Assembly: GCF_018350175.1 (NCBI RefSeq)
Contig: NC_058368.1
Location: forward strand, 53,074,001-53,138,000
From: Felis catus
Taxonomy: Eukaryota
Length of the DNA stretch: 64,000 bases
Direction of reading: 5' to 3'
The notes beneath the pieces are model-generated. The model did not search any database. It worked only from the letters and a program-made list of their open reading frames with translations, and had not been told where the DNA came from. How positions within the stretch are numbered: position 1 is the stretch's first letter; the number at the start of each line of letters is the position of its first letter. Both the position numbers and the translations under genes were made by a program. Positions 12,457 through 24,453 of this stretch are shown piece after piece.

Positions 12457-13449
12457 CTGAAAAGATCCAGGTCTCCCGAAACCATAGCTTCACAGAATCT
12501 CTAAAAGTGAAAAGAGGACGATAGATCATTGAACCCAACGGCTTCAAGTTTCAGAGGAAGAAACAGAAGCAGAGGGAGTAAGAGAGTCTTCCCCTTAGGG
12601 CCTAGGTCAGATCCAGGTCTTGAGTCACCTGGCTCCCAGGGCAATGTTCTTACCACACTTAGCCTTGACCTAAGATGTTAAAAGGGCAGCAGTATTGTCT
12701 GTGTCCTACAGACAATTGTTTATCAAAATATATCATCTGGCGCTCTCTAGTGTGTCCACAATTACATTCCTCATTGCTTAAAAGAGCAAGGGCCAAGTTT
12801 CTCAAATGAAAAATTTCCTTTCCTCCCCGCAGTGAGCAACTCCCAAAAACTCTGGTCCTTCCTCACATGGACACCCCAATCACTTTCAAGCCTTAAAATA
12901 AGAAAGAAAACAAGGAAGGAAGAAAGGAAGAAGGGAAGGAAGGGAAGAGGGTGGGGGGAGGTAGGGAGGGAGGAAGGAAACCTCAGTTAACCTTGGTCTC
13001 TGAAATGGACCTGTCTCAAATCCTTTGCAGAAAGCTAAAAAGCAAATAAAAATCTTCACACAAAAAAGGAAATAAATGTGAATTTTACGTGTGTTTTAGT
13101 AATACCTGGAAACTATTTATTCTTATCTTTTAAGACATTTCCTAGAAGAAAAACATAAGATGGAAATTTCTGAACTTTATCTGAAGCAATAAATAAAAAC
13201 AGGAAAATGACTCTGTTACACGTTAATTGGTACAACACGGACGGACTCTATATTTCATTCTCCTCTTAATGAGTTCCTCAATGATGAGAAGCCAAAATCA
13301 CTAAGCCTTCCTTCAAATGCTAATAAAAGAACATTTGTTCAAAATTCAAGCATTAATTCTCAATCCACATTCTTATGTGAGTAGACCCCATTTCATATAC
13401 TATTTCATTTATAATCAAAATGTTAAAAAAAACAAAAACAAAAACACCA

Positions 13450-13655
13450 GGGGCACCCAGGTGGCTCAGTTGATTAAGTGCTCGGCTTCCGCTCAGGTCA
13501 TGATCTCATAGTTCAGGATTTCAAGCCCTGCATTGGGCTTTCTGCTGTCAGCACAGAGCTGGCTTCAGATCCTCTGTCCCCCTTTCTCTCTGCTTCTCCC
13601 CCACTCGTTCTCTTTCTTTCTCACTCTCAAAATAAATAAATAAAAACTTTAAAAA
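13450..13655 (+). mobile_element. Can-SINE
   Basis: ggggcacccaggtggctcag..., (CT)n, aataaa tail; TSD aaaaacacca. Confidence 0.93.
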
Positions 13656-13814
13656 AAAACACCAAAAATAGCTGTATGCACAAAAGGCACAATTTATAAC
13701 AGTCCCCAAATTTCTACTGAAACAATTGCTTAAGAGAACTTTAGTTTACATATATGCCTGAAGGGTGTTTTCCTAGAGACAACCAAAGTGGCAGAAGGGA
13801 ATTTGTTCTCTCTT

Positions 13815-14002
13815 CTTTTTTAAGTTTATTTTTATTTATTTTGAGAGACAGAGAACAAATGGGGGAGGGGCAGACAGAGAGGAAGAGAGGAAACCCCAAG
13901 CAGGTTTTGCAGTGTCAGCACAGACCCCACAAACTGTGAGATCATGACCTGAGCCAAAATCGAGAGTCCAATGCTTAACCGACTGAGCCACCCAGGTGCC
14001 CC
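13815..14002 (-). mobile_element. Can-SINE with internal deletion around the B box
   Basis: cagcacagac joins directly to cccacaaactgtgag, lacking the ggggctcgaa segment present in other copies. Confidence 0.9.
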
Positions 14003-14154
14003 AAAGGGGAATTTCTTCTTAAAAGGAAAGCTATATTATAATATAACCCCAAACTAATACAACTTTATCATGTGGAAAACTTGAATTTTGGAGACTAGGG
14101 CTCAAGAAGGTCTTATTAGTCCCATCTATCAAGTGGACATAAAAATTTCTTTAA

Positions 14155-14179
14155 TTTTTTAAAAATTTTTATTTATTTT

Positions 14180-14211
<32 letters not shown>

Positions 14212-14386
14212 CATGCACGCGCAAATGGGGGAGGGGTAGAGAGAGAGGGAGATACAGAATCTGAAGCAGGCTCCAGACTCTGAGCTGTCAGCACAGAGCC
14301 CGACATGGGGCTAGAACTCATGAGCCATGAAATCATGACCAGAGCCAAAGTCAGATGCTTAACCAACTGAGCCACCCAGGCATCCC
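14155..14386 (-). mobile_element. Can-SINE
   Basis: Typical head, (GA)n, T tail; atttctttaat flanks both sides. Confidence 0.93.
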
Positions 14387-15963
14387 TATTTCTTTAATCT
14401 TCTTATTCCAGTTGGACTTTATAGATGGATAAGTCCAGGTTTGGTACCCCCAGCATATAGGGGGTCAAGACATATAGAAAGATGTGGACAAAGTCCAGGA
14501 ACAATCACAAATGATTGAGTTGCTCCCACTTTACACCTCCAATTCACACTCCACTTTCAGGCACACCCACCACGAGAACCCAGTGTACTCACAGGGAGCA
14601 TTTAGCTGTCTTCAATTCAAGTGTGATATCAGTATAAAAGATTTTTGAAACTACAACTCAAGCATAGATTTCTCTCTCAAGATCATCATCACCTTTTTTG
14701 ATTTCTACCAAGATGGCTTCCACATCAAGCCTGGAAACAGAAATCGTCGCCTTCTGCTGGTCACTTGCTACTGGCAAATTCACTCTTTCTCCTAACAGCA
14801 CTATCAACCTTACTTCAGCTTCTCCATCCTTTTCTCTTTGCCCAAGCAATCACATACCACCAATTCCTATTAAATGTTGCATGATCATTACCACATTTTT
14901 CTTTCTTTTCACTTCCAACACACCAATGTGGCTCAGCTCTCACTACTTTATAAAGAACCATTATCCCAAGAGGTGGGCCTCCCATCTTTTCTCCACCTTC
15001 AAGGATCAAGTTTCTCAAATGAAAAAAACTGCAAGATTTGATCCTGACTACAGAATCCAAACACTTCAGTCTCCATTCCAAACCTCAAAATTTGACCCCC
15101 ATCTTTCCCAACTAATATAGAACACTTTCCTCCCAGTTCTATCCATGGGATCCCTGCTCCTCATCATGTACCACTCCCCAGATGCAACTTAAAAGTTCTC
15201 TCCTCAGCACTTGGCCCACATGATGGACCGAGATTCCTGTACTATCTACCTCCATCAGTTCCGAAGTGCCCTGTCTCCATCTCTCCCATCCAAATCCCAC
15301 CCATTCCTCCAGGCCATTAGTCTCCCTGTTCTCTGCTCAGAGATGATTATTTATTCTTGCATTTATTCATGTCGACCATGGGAATGATACTTCTTTAGGC
15401 ACCGAGAAGAGATGAAACAGAAGGACTTGGAAAAGTCTCTCAAGGTCACCAAGCTGTGAAGTAAACGAGGCTTCTTCTTAAAGATCTCTCTAGCATAAGG
15501 TGGAAAGTAAGAAGCACCACAGCAAAGAGCTGCTAAGTGCCACAGAGGCTGAGGAAGGAGAGAGCCCTTTAGCTGGATGAAGAGGTAGTGACATGTGTAT
15601 TGGAAATGAGGTACAGGCAGTGTTTGAGCAGGTGGAGGTGGAGGGAAAAGATATTTTCTACGGAGGAAACTGGGCACAAGAGGACTCCAGTGAATGGGGG
15701 GTAGTGGTTTTCTATAATCACCTTGACACTGGGCCTCTGATGTTGGTTCCTCTGTAAAGGCAACAGCTGCTAGAAAGCTTTTATTAGGGAGTTCTTTCGT
15801 GCCTAATACTGGTAGGCTCTGCAGTCACAACTTAAAAAGAAAGACCTGATAATCAACTTTATGAACCCTCAATTATAGACGTTTGTGCAAACCTGTATAA
15901 TTTTCAAACCTGATTGGTGGAGAGATTAATACAAACCCTGTGTTCAAATTTCAAGCTCCTTTA

Positions 15964-16182
15964 AAAAAAATTTTTTTTCAACGTTTATTTATTTTTTGGG
16001 ACAGAGAGAGACAGAGCATGAATGGGGGAGGGGCAGAGAGAGAGGGAGACACAGAATCGGAAACAGGCTCCAGGCTCTGAGCCATCAGCCCAGAGCCTGA
16101 CGTGGGGCTCGAACTCCCGGACCGCGAGATCGTGACCTGGCTGAAGTCGGACGCTTAACCGACTGCGCCACCCAGGCGCCCC
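15964..16182 (-). mobile_element. Young felid Can-SINE (SINEC_Fc-like)
   Basis: CpG-rich; TSD caagctccttta at 15952-15963 and 16183-16194. Confidence 0.96.
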
Positions 16183-16446
16183 CAAGCTCCTTTAGATATG
16201 CAAGATGTAGGAAACGTGACAAGATTTTCAAAGAACATGCTGTCCCCTCCCCTGTACCTGATGCCTTTTGATTGATGCAGAAACAGTTTCTGGTAAGGAG
16301 AGTATGATAACAATAACTTAGCCTGAGAAAGGAAGGCTGAGTCACTACCTAATAACCATCGTGGAACACAACATGTCATGAGACATGTGGCATGAGATGA
16401 TACAAGTAATCTAAGACATAACCCTGAATGCCACTAAAGCCATGAT

Positions 16447-16661
16447 TTATTTTTATTTTTATTTTAGAGAGGGAGAGAGAGGCAAAGAGAGAGAGAGAGA
16501 AGGAGAGAGAGAGGGGGGAAAAGAGAGAGAGAGAATCCCAAGCAGGCTCCATGCTGTCAGTGCAAAGCCTGATGTGGGGCTTGATCCCACGACCACGGGA
16601 TCATGATCTGAGCCAAAAACAAGAGTCAGATGTTCAACCAACTGGGCCACCCAGGCACCCC
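16447..16661 (-). mobile_element. Can-SINE
   Basis: Typical head, GA-rich linker, T tail. Confidence 0.92.
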
Positions 16662-17384
16662 AAATTTTTAAAATCTTAACTCCATAGGCATAGGGATCAT
16701 GGTAGCTGTAAGTATAGTGCAGGTTATACAAAAGTCAGTCAAATTCTCTTTATTTTCAAGTTCAGTCTTCAGCAAAACCCGACCTGGTGATTGGCAATTT
16801 GAACGAATTGAAAGAGATAGTTGTCAGACAAACACAATTGCTCAACTCTATAATCAGGTTTCTCGGAGGGAGGGATTTGTTCCACATAGATTTAAATGAC
16901 CAGGCTTAGTGCCTCAAAGGCAAACTGGTATTGACTACATCTCCCCCACACCATCACTTGATTGCAATCCTGGCTCTGGAGCATTCTCTGTGTACTTCAA
17001 CATATTTTTACACTTAAAATATTTTAAAAAATAGTAGAAAGTTTTGAGAAAAAATTAATCTTTGAGTTTTAAATTTTTTTCAATTTGTTCTGAGCCAAAT
17101 AATTTCATTCAAGGTCCTCAATGCACTCCAGGAACTCAATATGATTATGCTACTTGATAAAAAGACTATGGTACAATGATGGCACATTTCACTCTACCAA
17201 CTACCAGGTGAATAGAGGAGTCAGAATTGTCTATCAATTTTTCCCAATGCCCAGACCAATGCAAAAACAAATAAGAAAGCAAATTTAAACAAAGAAAGTA
17301 ATAATGCATTCAGAAAGCCCCCAAAATTGCACATAAACGTATTCAAGGATAAAATTAGGATTTCCCACATATAGTGTGTTTAAA

Positions 17385-17620
17385 GATGCATTTAGCTATG
17401 AATACCAGAAAGCCCAACTAATAGAGGCTAAAATAATGAGAGACATTTAATTATCTCACATAGCCATCAGTCTGGAGTGGTTCCAGAAAGGTCTTAAGAG
17501 CTCAATCAAAGAGCTGGGTCAGTGTCAATATCACTACAGGCTTTGCACGTGTCGTAGAAGGAGAGCTACTGGAGTTCCAAGTATCTTATACACACAGAGT
17601 GATCTGAACAGGAGAGCAGC
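17385..17620. mobile_element. Old MLT1-type LTR fragment
   Basis: tgcatttagctatgaataccagaaagcccaacta...atttaattatctcaca. Confidence 0.5.
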
Positions 17621-18725
17621 CTGGGATTATCAACACGGCTACACAAGTAAAACTGGAATTCTGCTAGCAAGACAGAAGAGTGGACGGCTATTATATAGAA
17701 GGACTCGCAGGGGCTGAGGATACTTCATCTTCGAAGAATGTTCTCACAAACTTACACTTGCAATCAATAAACTCCTCATGTCTGACACTAGAGCTCCCCA
17801 ATCCACACAGCTCTTTGAAAAAGCACAGCGGAATCTCCCCATCCATCTGTCTAGTTCCTCCTTTCCAGAAGAGAAAGAAAAGAGAAACTATCAATGTGAT
17901 GTTTTTCTTTGTCAGATATAATGTCAGGAGACAGCAGATTGAAAACAAGCAACAGGTAGTCTGATCATGGGAGAGGCTGAGAACTGATGCTCACTGTGGA
18001 GGAGGGATAACATGGCTTTCCTAAGATCCTGGAGATAATTGCGGCAAAACTGGTAACCGAGCCAAAATAGCTAGAATGGCCACTCTATACTCACACTGCT
18101 ATCGGTCATCAATTCATATATTTCTACTCACACTTCATCATCAATTCAAGCATCAGCAATAACTTGTTAAAATTTCCACAATTTTGAAAATGGTAAATAG
18201 TGATAAACCTGCAATTCTGCATTTCTTTATTTTATTTTTCCTGGAGTTGTAAAACTTTCAGACAACATTTGTTTACTGAGGATATTTCCAACAAGGAAAA
18301 CACTAAGAACACAGAGAATGTAAGTTATGATTTAGTGCTCAGAAAATTACTTATAAAAATTTTAAATGTACTTTTGGGATCTGAAAACATGTGAGGGCCT
18401 AAGGTTCCAAGACATTCTGAACTAAAATAGATTACGTTTGAAAAATGCAAGCCAGGTTTCTAAAAAATATATAAACAGAAGTACAAATTTTCAATAATAT
18501 GACAATATTGCTAAGAGAATGTAAAGGTGACAGTGACAACAAACTGATATTACTTTGAAAAAGCTATAGAAAATGTCAGGAGTTGATCTAATTCCAACCA
18601 ATTTATCTGATTTATCAATCAGAGATACTGTATTTTTTTTAAAAACCTCTTTTGTTAGTTAAGAAAACACAGCTCTCTAAAATAACACATCTTGTCTTCA
18701 TATCAGATTTTTTAAAAAAATGTTT

Positions 18726-18943
18726 GGGGCGCCTGGGTGGCTCAGTCGGTTAAGCGTCCGACTTCGGCTCAGGTCATGATCTCGTGGTCCGCGAGTTCAA
18801 GCCCCGCGTCAGGCTCTGTGCTGACTGCTCAGAGCTTGGAGCCTGTTTCAGATTCTGTGTCTCCCTCTTTCTCTGATCCTCCCCCGTTCATGCTCTGTCT
18901 CTCTCTGTCTCAAAAATAAATAAACGTTAAAAAATTTTTTTTT
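18726..18943 (+). mobile_element. Young felid Can-SINE inserted in the tail of an older SINE
   Basis: CpG-rich ggggcgcctgggtggctcagtcgg; aaatgttt at 18718-18725 and 18944-18951. Confidence 0.95.
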
Positions 18944-19144
18944 AAATGTTTATTATTTATTTTGAGAGAGCAAGAAAATGAGTAAGGGAGGAGGAGAGGG
19001 AGAGAGACAGAGAGAGAAAATCCCAAGTGGGCTCCATGCTATTAGTGCAGAGCCTGACACGGGGCTCTATCCCATGAACCGCGAAATCATGACCTGAGCC
19101 TAAATCAAGAGGCAGACGCTTAACCAACTGAGCCACGCAGGCAC
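18944..19144 (-). mobile_element. Can-SINE
   Basis: Antisense head ending ...gagccacgcaggcac. Confidence 0.9.
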
Positions 19145-19397
19145 TTTGTTTTTGTTTTTGTTTTGTTTTTGTTTTTGTTCAGAGCTAAAAACTCATCCCC
19201 ATGAAGCAGCTTTAGAATTGTACTGGTGAAACTATAGCACGGATTTTAAGAGTAGATCAGGTGTGCTGCTGGGCTACATAGAGAATGCAGAAGGCATGAA
19301 CTTTGGATTCAGAAAGAACTGGATTTGGATGCTTACCCTACCACTCACTAGATGTCTGACTTATAGCCAGGTACTTAAGCATTCTGAGCCACTTTGG

Positions 19398-19594
19398 TTT
19401 TTAATGTTTATTTATTTATTTTGAGAGAACAAAAGAGCATGTGAGCAGAGGAGTAGCAGACAGAGAAAGGGAGAGAGAATCCCAAGCAAGCTCCATGCTC
19501 AGCATGGAGCTGAACATGGGGCTTGAACTCACGATCGCGAGATCATGACCTGAGCCGAAATCAAGATCTGGACACGTAACCGACTGAGCCACCC
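19398..19594 (-). mobile_element. Can-SINE inserted in a MIR
   Basis: Antisense body; lacks the first few head bases. Confidence 0.9.
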
Positions 19595-19869
19595 AACTGG
19601 AAAGTAAAGATGAATAAAATAGTCATTTTATTGGGGTGTTATAATGATTGAATTTGATAGTGTACATCAATCACTTCCACAAGGTAGACACTCAAAAAAG
19701 AGTAGCCATTCACAATAATAAGAGAAGACTAGGTTTTTAAAAAGAGAGTTTTACACTTCCTATAATTGTGAATAAATGTCTGCAAAAGTGGGGACTCTTT
19801 AAACAGGAAAACTACTTTGGAGAACCAGGTTTTAGTATGCTTTGAATCTTTACCATATGAGATAGATAG

Positions 19870-20310
19870 GATTACCTTTCAGAAAAATTCTCTCCCTCCC
19901 CTTCATTTCCATAGGAGGCATACCTTTCTCATTCCATTGATCTTGGGCCTGACCATGTGTCTTGTTTGGGCCAATGGGATGTTAGTGGAAATGAGGCAAA
20001 CAGAGGCTTGAAATACTCTTGAGCAGTTGGCCTGCTCTCCTTACCTCTACCTCTGACCTCAAAAGAACATGACTGGATTAGCCCACTGATCCTAAAGCTC
20101 CAAGAGAGATACTTGGAGGAGAGCCAAGTTGTCTTCAGCATTCCCCTCCTAGATTTTCAATGCTCTCCATACAGATATGAATGAGTCCAGCTGAACCTAC
20201 CCTACTGGAGGCAAACCACATTGTAAGAATAAAGGATTGCTGTTTTAAACCACTGAGTTTTAGGGACAGTTTTAAAGTAGTATTTCTTTGGTATTAACTA
20301 ACTTACATAT
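19870..20310. mobile_element. MLT1J-like MaLR LTR
   Basis: ttgggcctgaccatgtgtcttgtttgggccaatgggatgttag...tgctgttttaaaccactgagttttagg. Confidence 0.75.
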
Positions 20311-21837
20311 CACATTTTTGTTATTGTACTTGGAGAGTTACTGTGGGTGCATTCATCTGATTATACCGTGGAATTTATTTAAGACCAAGGACATGAGTAC
20401 TTGCCATATGGTAGGACGATGCTAGGCATGGAGTTACCGTGTACACAGACGGGCACGATCCTGAGTCTAGGCCAGTATTTAGGATCACTGGCCTAAGTTA
20501 GAAAACAGATTCTCCAAATGATCTTGCGGCTAAATATTGCCTAGGATTTTAAACACCAATTAAAAAACAAGAAAACAAATATAAAAAGCATCACATATTC
20601 TTGCCTTCCCTCTGGATGGAATATAATGTAACAGCAAACTCCTCTCAATCAGGCCCTTTGTACTTCCAAAGACAGTAAATACTTTTTGTCTTTCAAGTTA
20701 ATGTGAGGAGGGTAGTCGTACTAAATGGACAAAAGCAAACAACTTGAGCAAATACTGAGAGCAAGACAAATTGATAAAAAGAAAAAAAAAACAATAAAAA
20801 AGTGGAATCAAAAATAAATCGCTGGAACCTTAACTTCTTAACATTTTTTAATAAAATATGTTTACATAATCTATTTTATTTTCTTTTAAAGAATAGTTTC
20901 ATTCGTGTTGGCATCATGGCAGATTGAGTTAATAGGCAATCCTCTCAAACAACAACCCATAGATGCAATAATATTTAACATGCTAGATTAAAGATTCTAA
21001 AATTATGTTTGCATAAACTAGTCAAGCTAAAAAAGAAAACAAAAGCTACATCTTCCAGACGTAAGAATGAAGAGAGAACTCAAAGCCAGGGCAACAGTTT
21101 TCTCAAAAGCTCAACCACCCAGATAATTTTTAAAGCCAGATATGATCTCAGGAGTTGGAGGACTTTTTAAAATGCCAGTGTAGGAACGAGCAAGGTAATA
21201 CAGGGATAAAAGCTTAGACAAAGACCTTTCAGAAAGCCAAAATCTTTAAAGTCCCACCCAGTTAGTGAAGAGGACTGGAAAAATTCTTACTTGCTGCTAG
21301 ACATAGTATAGAAAATTGTTTATATGACTTTGTCTCTTGGAAGGGAAAAAAACTGCTTATAAAAATAAAAATTCCTACCTTGTACCTTGTGCGTATGTGG
21401 AGAGATAAATTTATATTGTCCCTATGTTGTGAGGGTCTGAAGTTGAAAAATTAACTACCAGAACTTCCAGAAGCTAACTGCACAAATAACACAGTGGGGG
21501 GAGGGGGAGGAAAGATGACCCATAAAAAAAAGCCAAGAAACAAACTATAGTGATAGAAACTAAAAGTCATAGAAATACCTTCAAATAGTTCATGAAAATA
21601 ACTGTCAACTTAGAACTCTATGGAAAGCAAAACCATAATTTTCAAATGAGTAAAAATGAAAACATTCTAAGAAATATTGAAAATTCTACCATTTACAGAG
21701 GACTATTAAACAACAAACCAAAAAAAGTGTGTTTCTATTTATTAAAAATAAATTAACAATTAATTTCCTTAGCATGCAAGAAAAATGGTTTGCAAAGGAA
21801 TTGTAAAAATGTACGTGAATATAAAGAAAGAGTAACT

Positions 21838-21981
21838 TTTAAAGACTGAGAATAAACTGAGGGTTGAGGGGGGTGGGAGGGAGGGGAAAGTGGTGATGGG
21901 CATTGAGGAGAGCACCTGTTTGGGATGAGCACTGGGTATTGTATGGAAACCAATTTGACAATGAATTTCATATTAAGAAAA
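21838..21981 (+). mobile_element. Felid L1 3'UTR fragment
   Basis: Closely similar to 29300-29445; TSD-like aaag(a/g)aagagtaacttttaaa at 21823-21843 and 21982-22002. Confidence 0.9.
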
Positions 21982-22179
21982 AAAGGAAGAGTAACTTTTA
22001 AAATTTAAATTTTTTAAATTTAAAATTCAATAATATTAACTATAATAATGATAAAGTATCTTGAAAGCATTATAAACAAAGTGGAAGTAAAATACTGAAC
22101 AATAACATAAAATATGCAATTGATTACCATTAAAATATTCTAAGAACTTTATTGTTCAATAGAAGAATAGAGATATTGA

Positions 22180-22419
22180 TTTATTTTTTATTTTATTTTT
22201 TTTAATTTTTTTTTAATATTTATTTATTTTTGAGAGGGAGAGAGTGACAGAGCATGTGCAGGGGAGGGGCAGAGAGAGAGGGATACACAGAATCTGAAGC
22301 AGGCACAAGGCTCCGAGCTGTCCACACAGTGCCCAGCGCAGGACTCGAACTCATGAACTATGAGATCATGACCTGAGCCAAAGTCAGTCACTCACCTGAC
22401 TGAGTCACCCAGGAGCCCC
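22180..22419 (-). mobile_element. Can-SINE
   Basis: Typical antisense body with long T-rich tail. Confidence 0.92.
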
Positions 22420-23300
22420 ATTATTTTTGATATTATCAAATCAACTATGCTTGGTAAAAATTTAAGGGTCATTGCAAGAATAGGCATCGAATGTATAACT
22501 TCCAAATTAAGAGAGAGATAAATAGAAATAAAAACAAAAAAAACTCAGTAAATTCAAAGAAGAAAAAGGAAACAATGAAAAACATGGTGAATATAAACCA
22601 CAAAATAATGTGTTGTAAGTTAGTCCCTCCAAAATCAGTAATCATATCTAAAATAAATGGACTAAACTTCTTTGTTGAAATATAGAGATGTTCAAATTAG
22701 AGTTAAATAAGAAAAAAATCAAAAATCTTTTGTCTGTTTACAAAAGAAATGTCAAAAGGCAATGAAACAAAAATATTACATTTAAAGTAATAAAATACTT
22801 GTGTGTAGAAAGTAAAATTAACCAATATTAAGCTGGTCAGGCAATATTAATATATAACAGAATAAACATTAAGGTAAAACCTATTTTTATGGTTAAAGCA
22901 GTACATTTCCTAAAGATAAAAGAAAAATTCACTTGATATATAGAGCAATCCTGGAGATTTATACACTGAACAATGGAGCCTAAAATACATAAAGCCAAAA
23001 TTTCTTGATAATAAGGAGCAACAGTCAAATCTACCATCAGATTGTTTTTTTTTAATTTCCTAGAAATATTAGATCAGCATTCAAGAAACAGATAGAGAAA
23101 TTTTGAATACCACATTAAAAATCTCAAACTAATAGAAATATATAGAGCCCTAAACCTAACAATTAGTGAACACATTTTTTTTAAAGGCATACCCGGAGCA
23201 TGTGTAACAATGTCTATGTTGAAGGCCAAAAAGAAGGTATCAATAAACAAAAAAGAATTCATTTCCCTGATGACATATGATATGGACCATCTTTTAACCC

Positions 23301-23531
23301 TAGAATCAGTTTGTCAATATCCACAAAATAATTTGTTGGAAGTTGACTGGGATTGCATTGAATCTCTAGATCAAATATTGTTTTAATTTGAATTCCCCCT
23401 ATATTTCTTTGATTCTAAAGTTTCCCTGAAAAGCAAAAGACATAGAATAACCAATACAATATTGAAGGAGAAGAACAAAGTCAGAAGACTGACGCTACCT
23501 GACTTCAAACCTTACTATAAAATATAGTAAT
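23301..23531 (+). mobile_element. L1MC-like element, 5' part (interrupted by the felid L1), with inverted 5' segment
   Basis: 23410-23531 ORF2-like (gaaggagaagaacaaagtcagaagactgacgctacctgacttcaa) resumes seamlessly at 29460; 23301-23374 is antisense L1 ORF2. Confidence 0.75.
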
Positions 23532-24453
23532 TGGAGATCCTGGGAAGATGGAGGTGTAGGAGGATGCTGGGCTCACCACGCATCCTGCTGATCACTTAGA
23601 TTCCACCTACACCTGCCTAAATAACCCAGAAAACTGCCAGAAGACTAGCAGAACGGATTCTCCACAGCCAAGCATAGAGGAGAAGCCCACGGAAGAGGGT
23701 AGGAAGGGCAGAGAGGCAGTGCGCGCTGCATGGACTGGTGGGAGGGAGCTGGGCGGAGGGGTGGCCCCCCAGCCAAGCAGAGCCCCAGAGTCTAGCTTGC
23801 AAAAGCGGAGGGGCCTGACGGAGTGTGTTCCGACAGCAAGCGGGACTTGACATCTGGAAGATTATAAGCTAACAGCTCTGCTCAGAGAACGGGAGGGCGG
23901 GAGGACAAGGGGAGGGAGAGTTGTTGAGCCACGGATGACAGAGCTCAGCTTGGCGGGGAACAAAGGGGCTCGCCAGTGCCATCTCCCTCGCCCACCACCC
24001 AGCCCAAATCCCAAAGGAAACCAGTCCTGCCAGGGAACTTGCTTGCACCGCGCAAACACCCAACGCTGTGCTTCTGCGGATCCATCCCTCCGGCGGGTCT
24101 GACTCCCTCTTGGTGCCCCAGGGCCGCTCCTGAAATGGACTCCGAAGGAAAAGCGACCTGAGCTTGCCCCTCCCGCCCCAGTGCACCTTGCCGATCCACC
24201 CCAGCTAATACGCCAGATCCCCAGCACCACAAGCCTGGCAGTGTGCAAGTAGCCCAGATGGCCACACCACCCCACAGTGAATCCTGCCCCTAAGAGAGAG
24301 GAAGAGAAGGCACACACCAGTCTGACTGTGGCCCCAGCGGTGGGCTGGGGGCAGACATGGGGTCTGACTGTGGCCCACCCACCAACGCGAGTTATTCAAG
24401 ACAGCACAGGGGAAGTGCCCTGCAGTTCTGCACCACTCCAAGGACTATCCAAA

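Larger units (their letters stand above)
20905..23260 (+). mobile_element. Ancient L1M (5' region/ORF1/ORF2 endonuclease remnants)
   Basis: A-rich degenerate L1; EN-like aaataaatggactaaac at ~22650; appears to resume at ~31010 (atattctctgacagcaat...atcaataacaaa). Confidence 0.55.

Noticed and set aside
12900..12980. Purine-rich GGAA/GGGA tract (also pyrimidine tract 40980-41075)
   Set aside because: Common low-complexity sequence with no additional support for function
13450..13540. tRNA-like A/B boxes
   Set aside because: These are SINE heads, not tRNA genes
14698..15120. 140-aa ORF
   Set aside because: Ser/Phe/Thr-rich, no domain, pyrimidine-rich and probably decayed L2; no splice support
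19817..20011. ORF starting MENQVLV, like the MAP2K5 N-terminal region
   Set aside because: Starts at TTG, similarity stops after 7 residues and the ORF runs into an MLT1 LTR; coincidence
23617..24441. Several antisense ORFs (up to 151 aa) in the L1 5'UTR, reminiscent of primate ORF0
   Set aside because: GC-rich sequence gives long ORFs in all frames; no recognisable similarity, and ORF0 is described for primate L1
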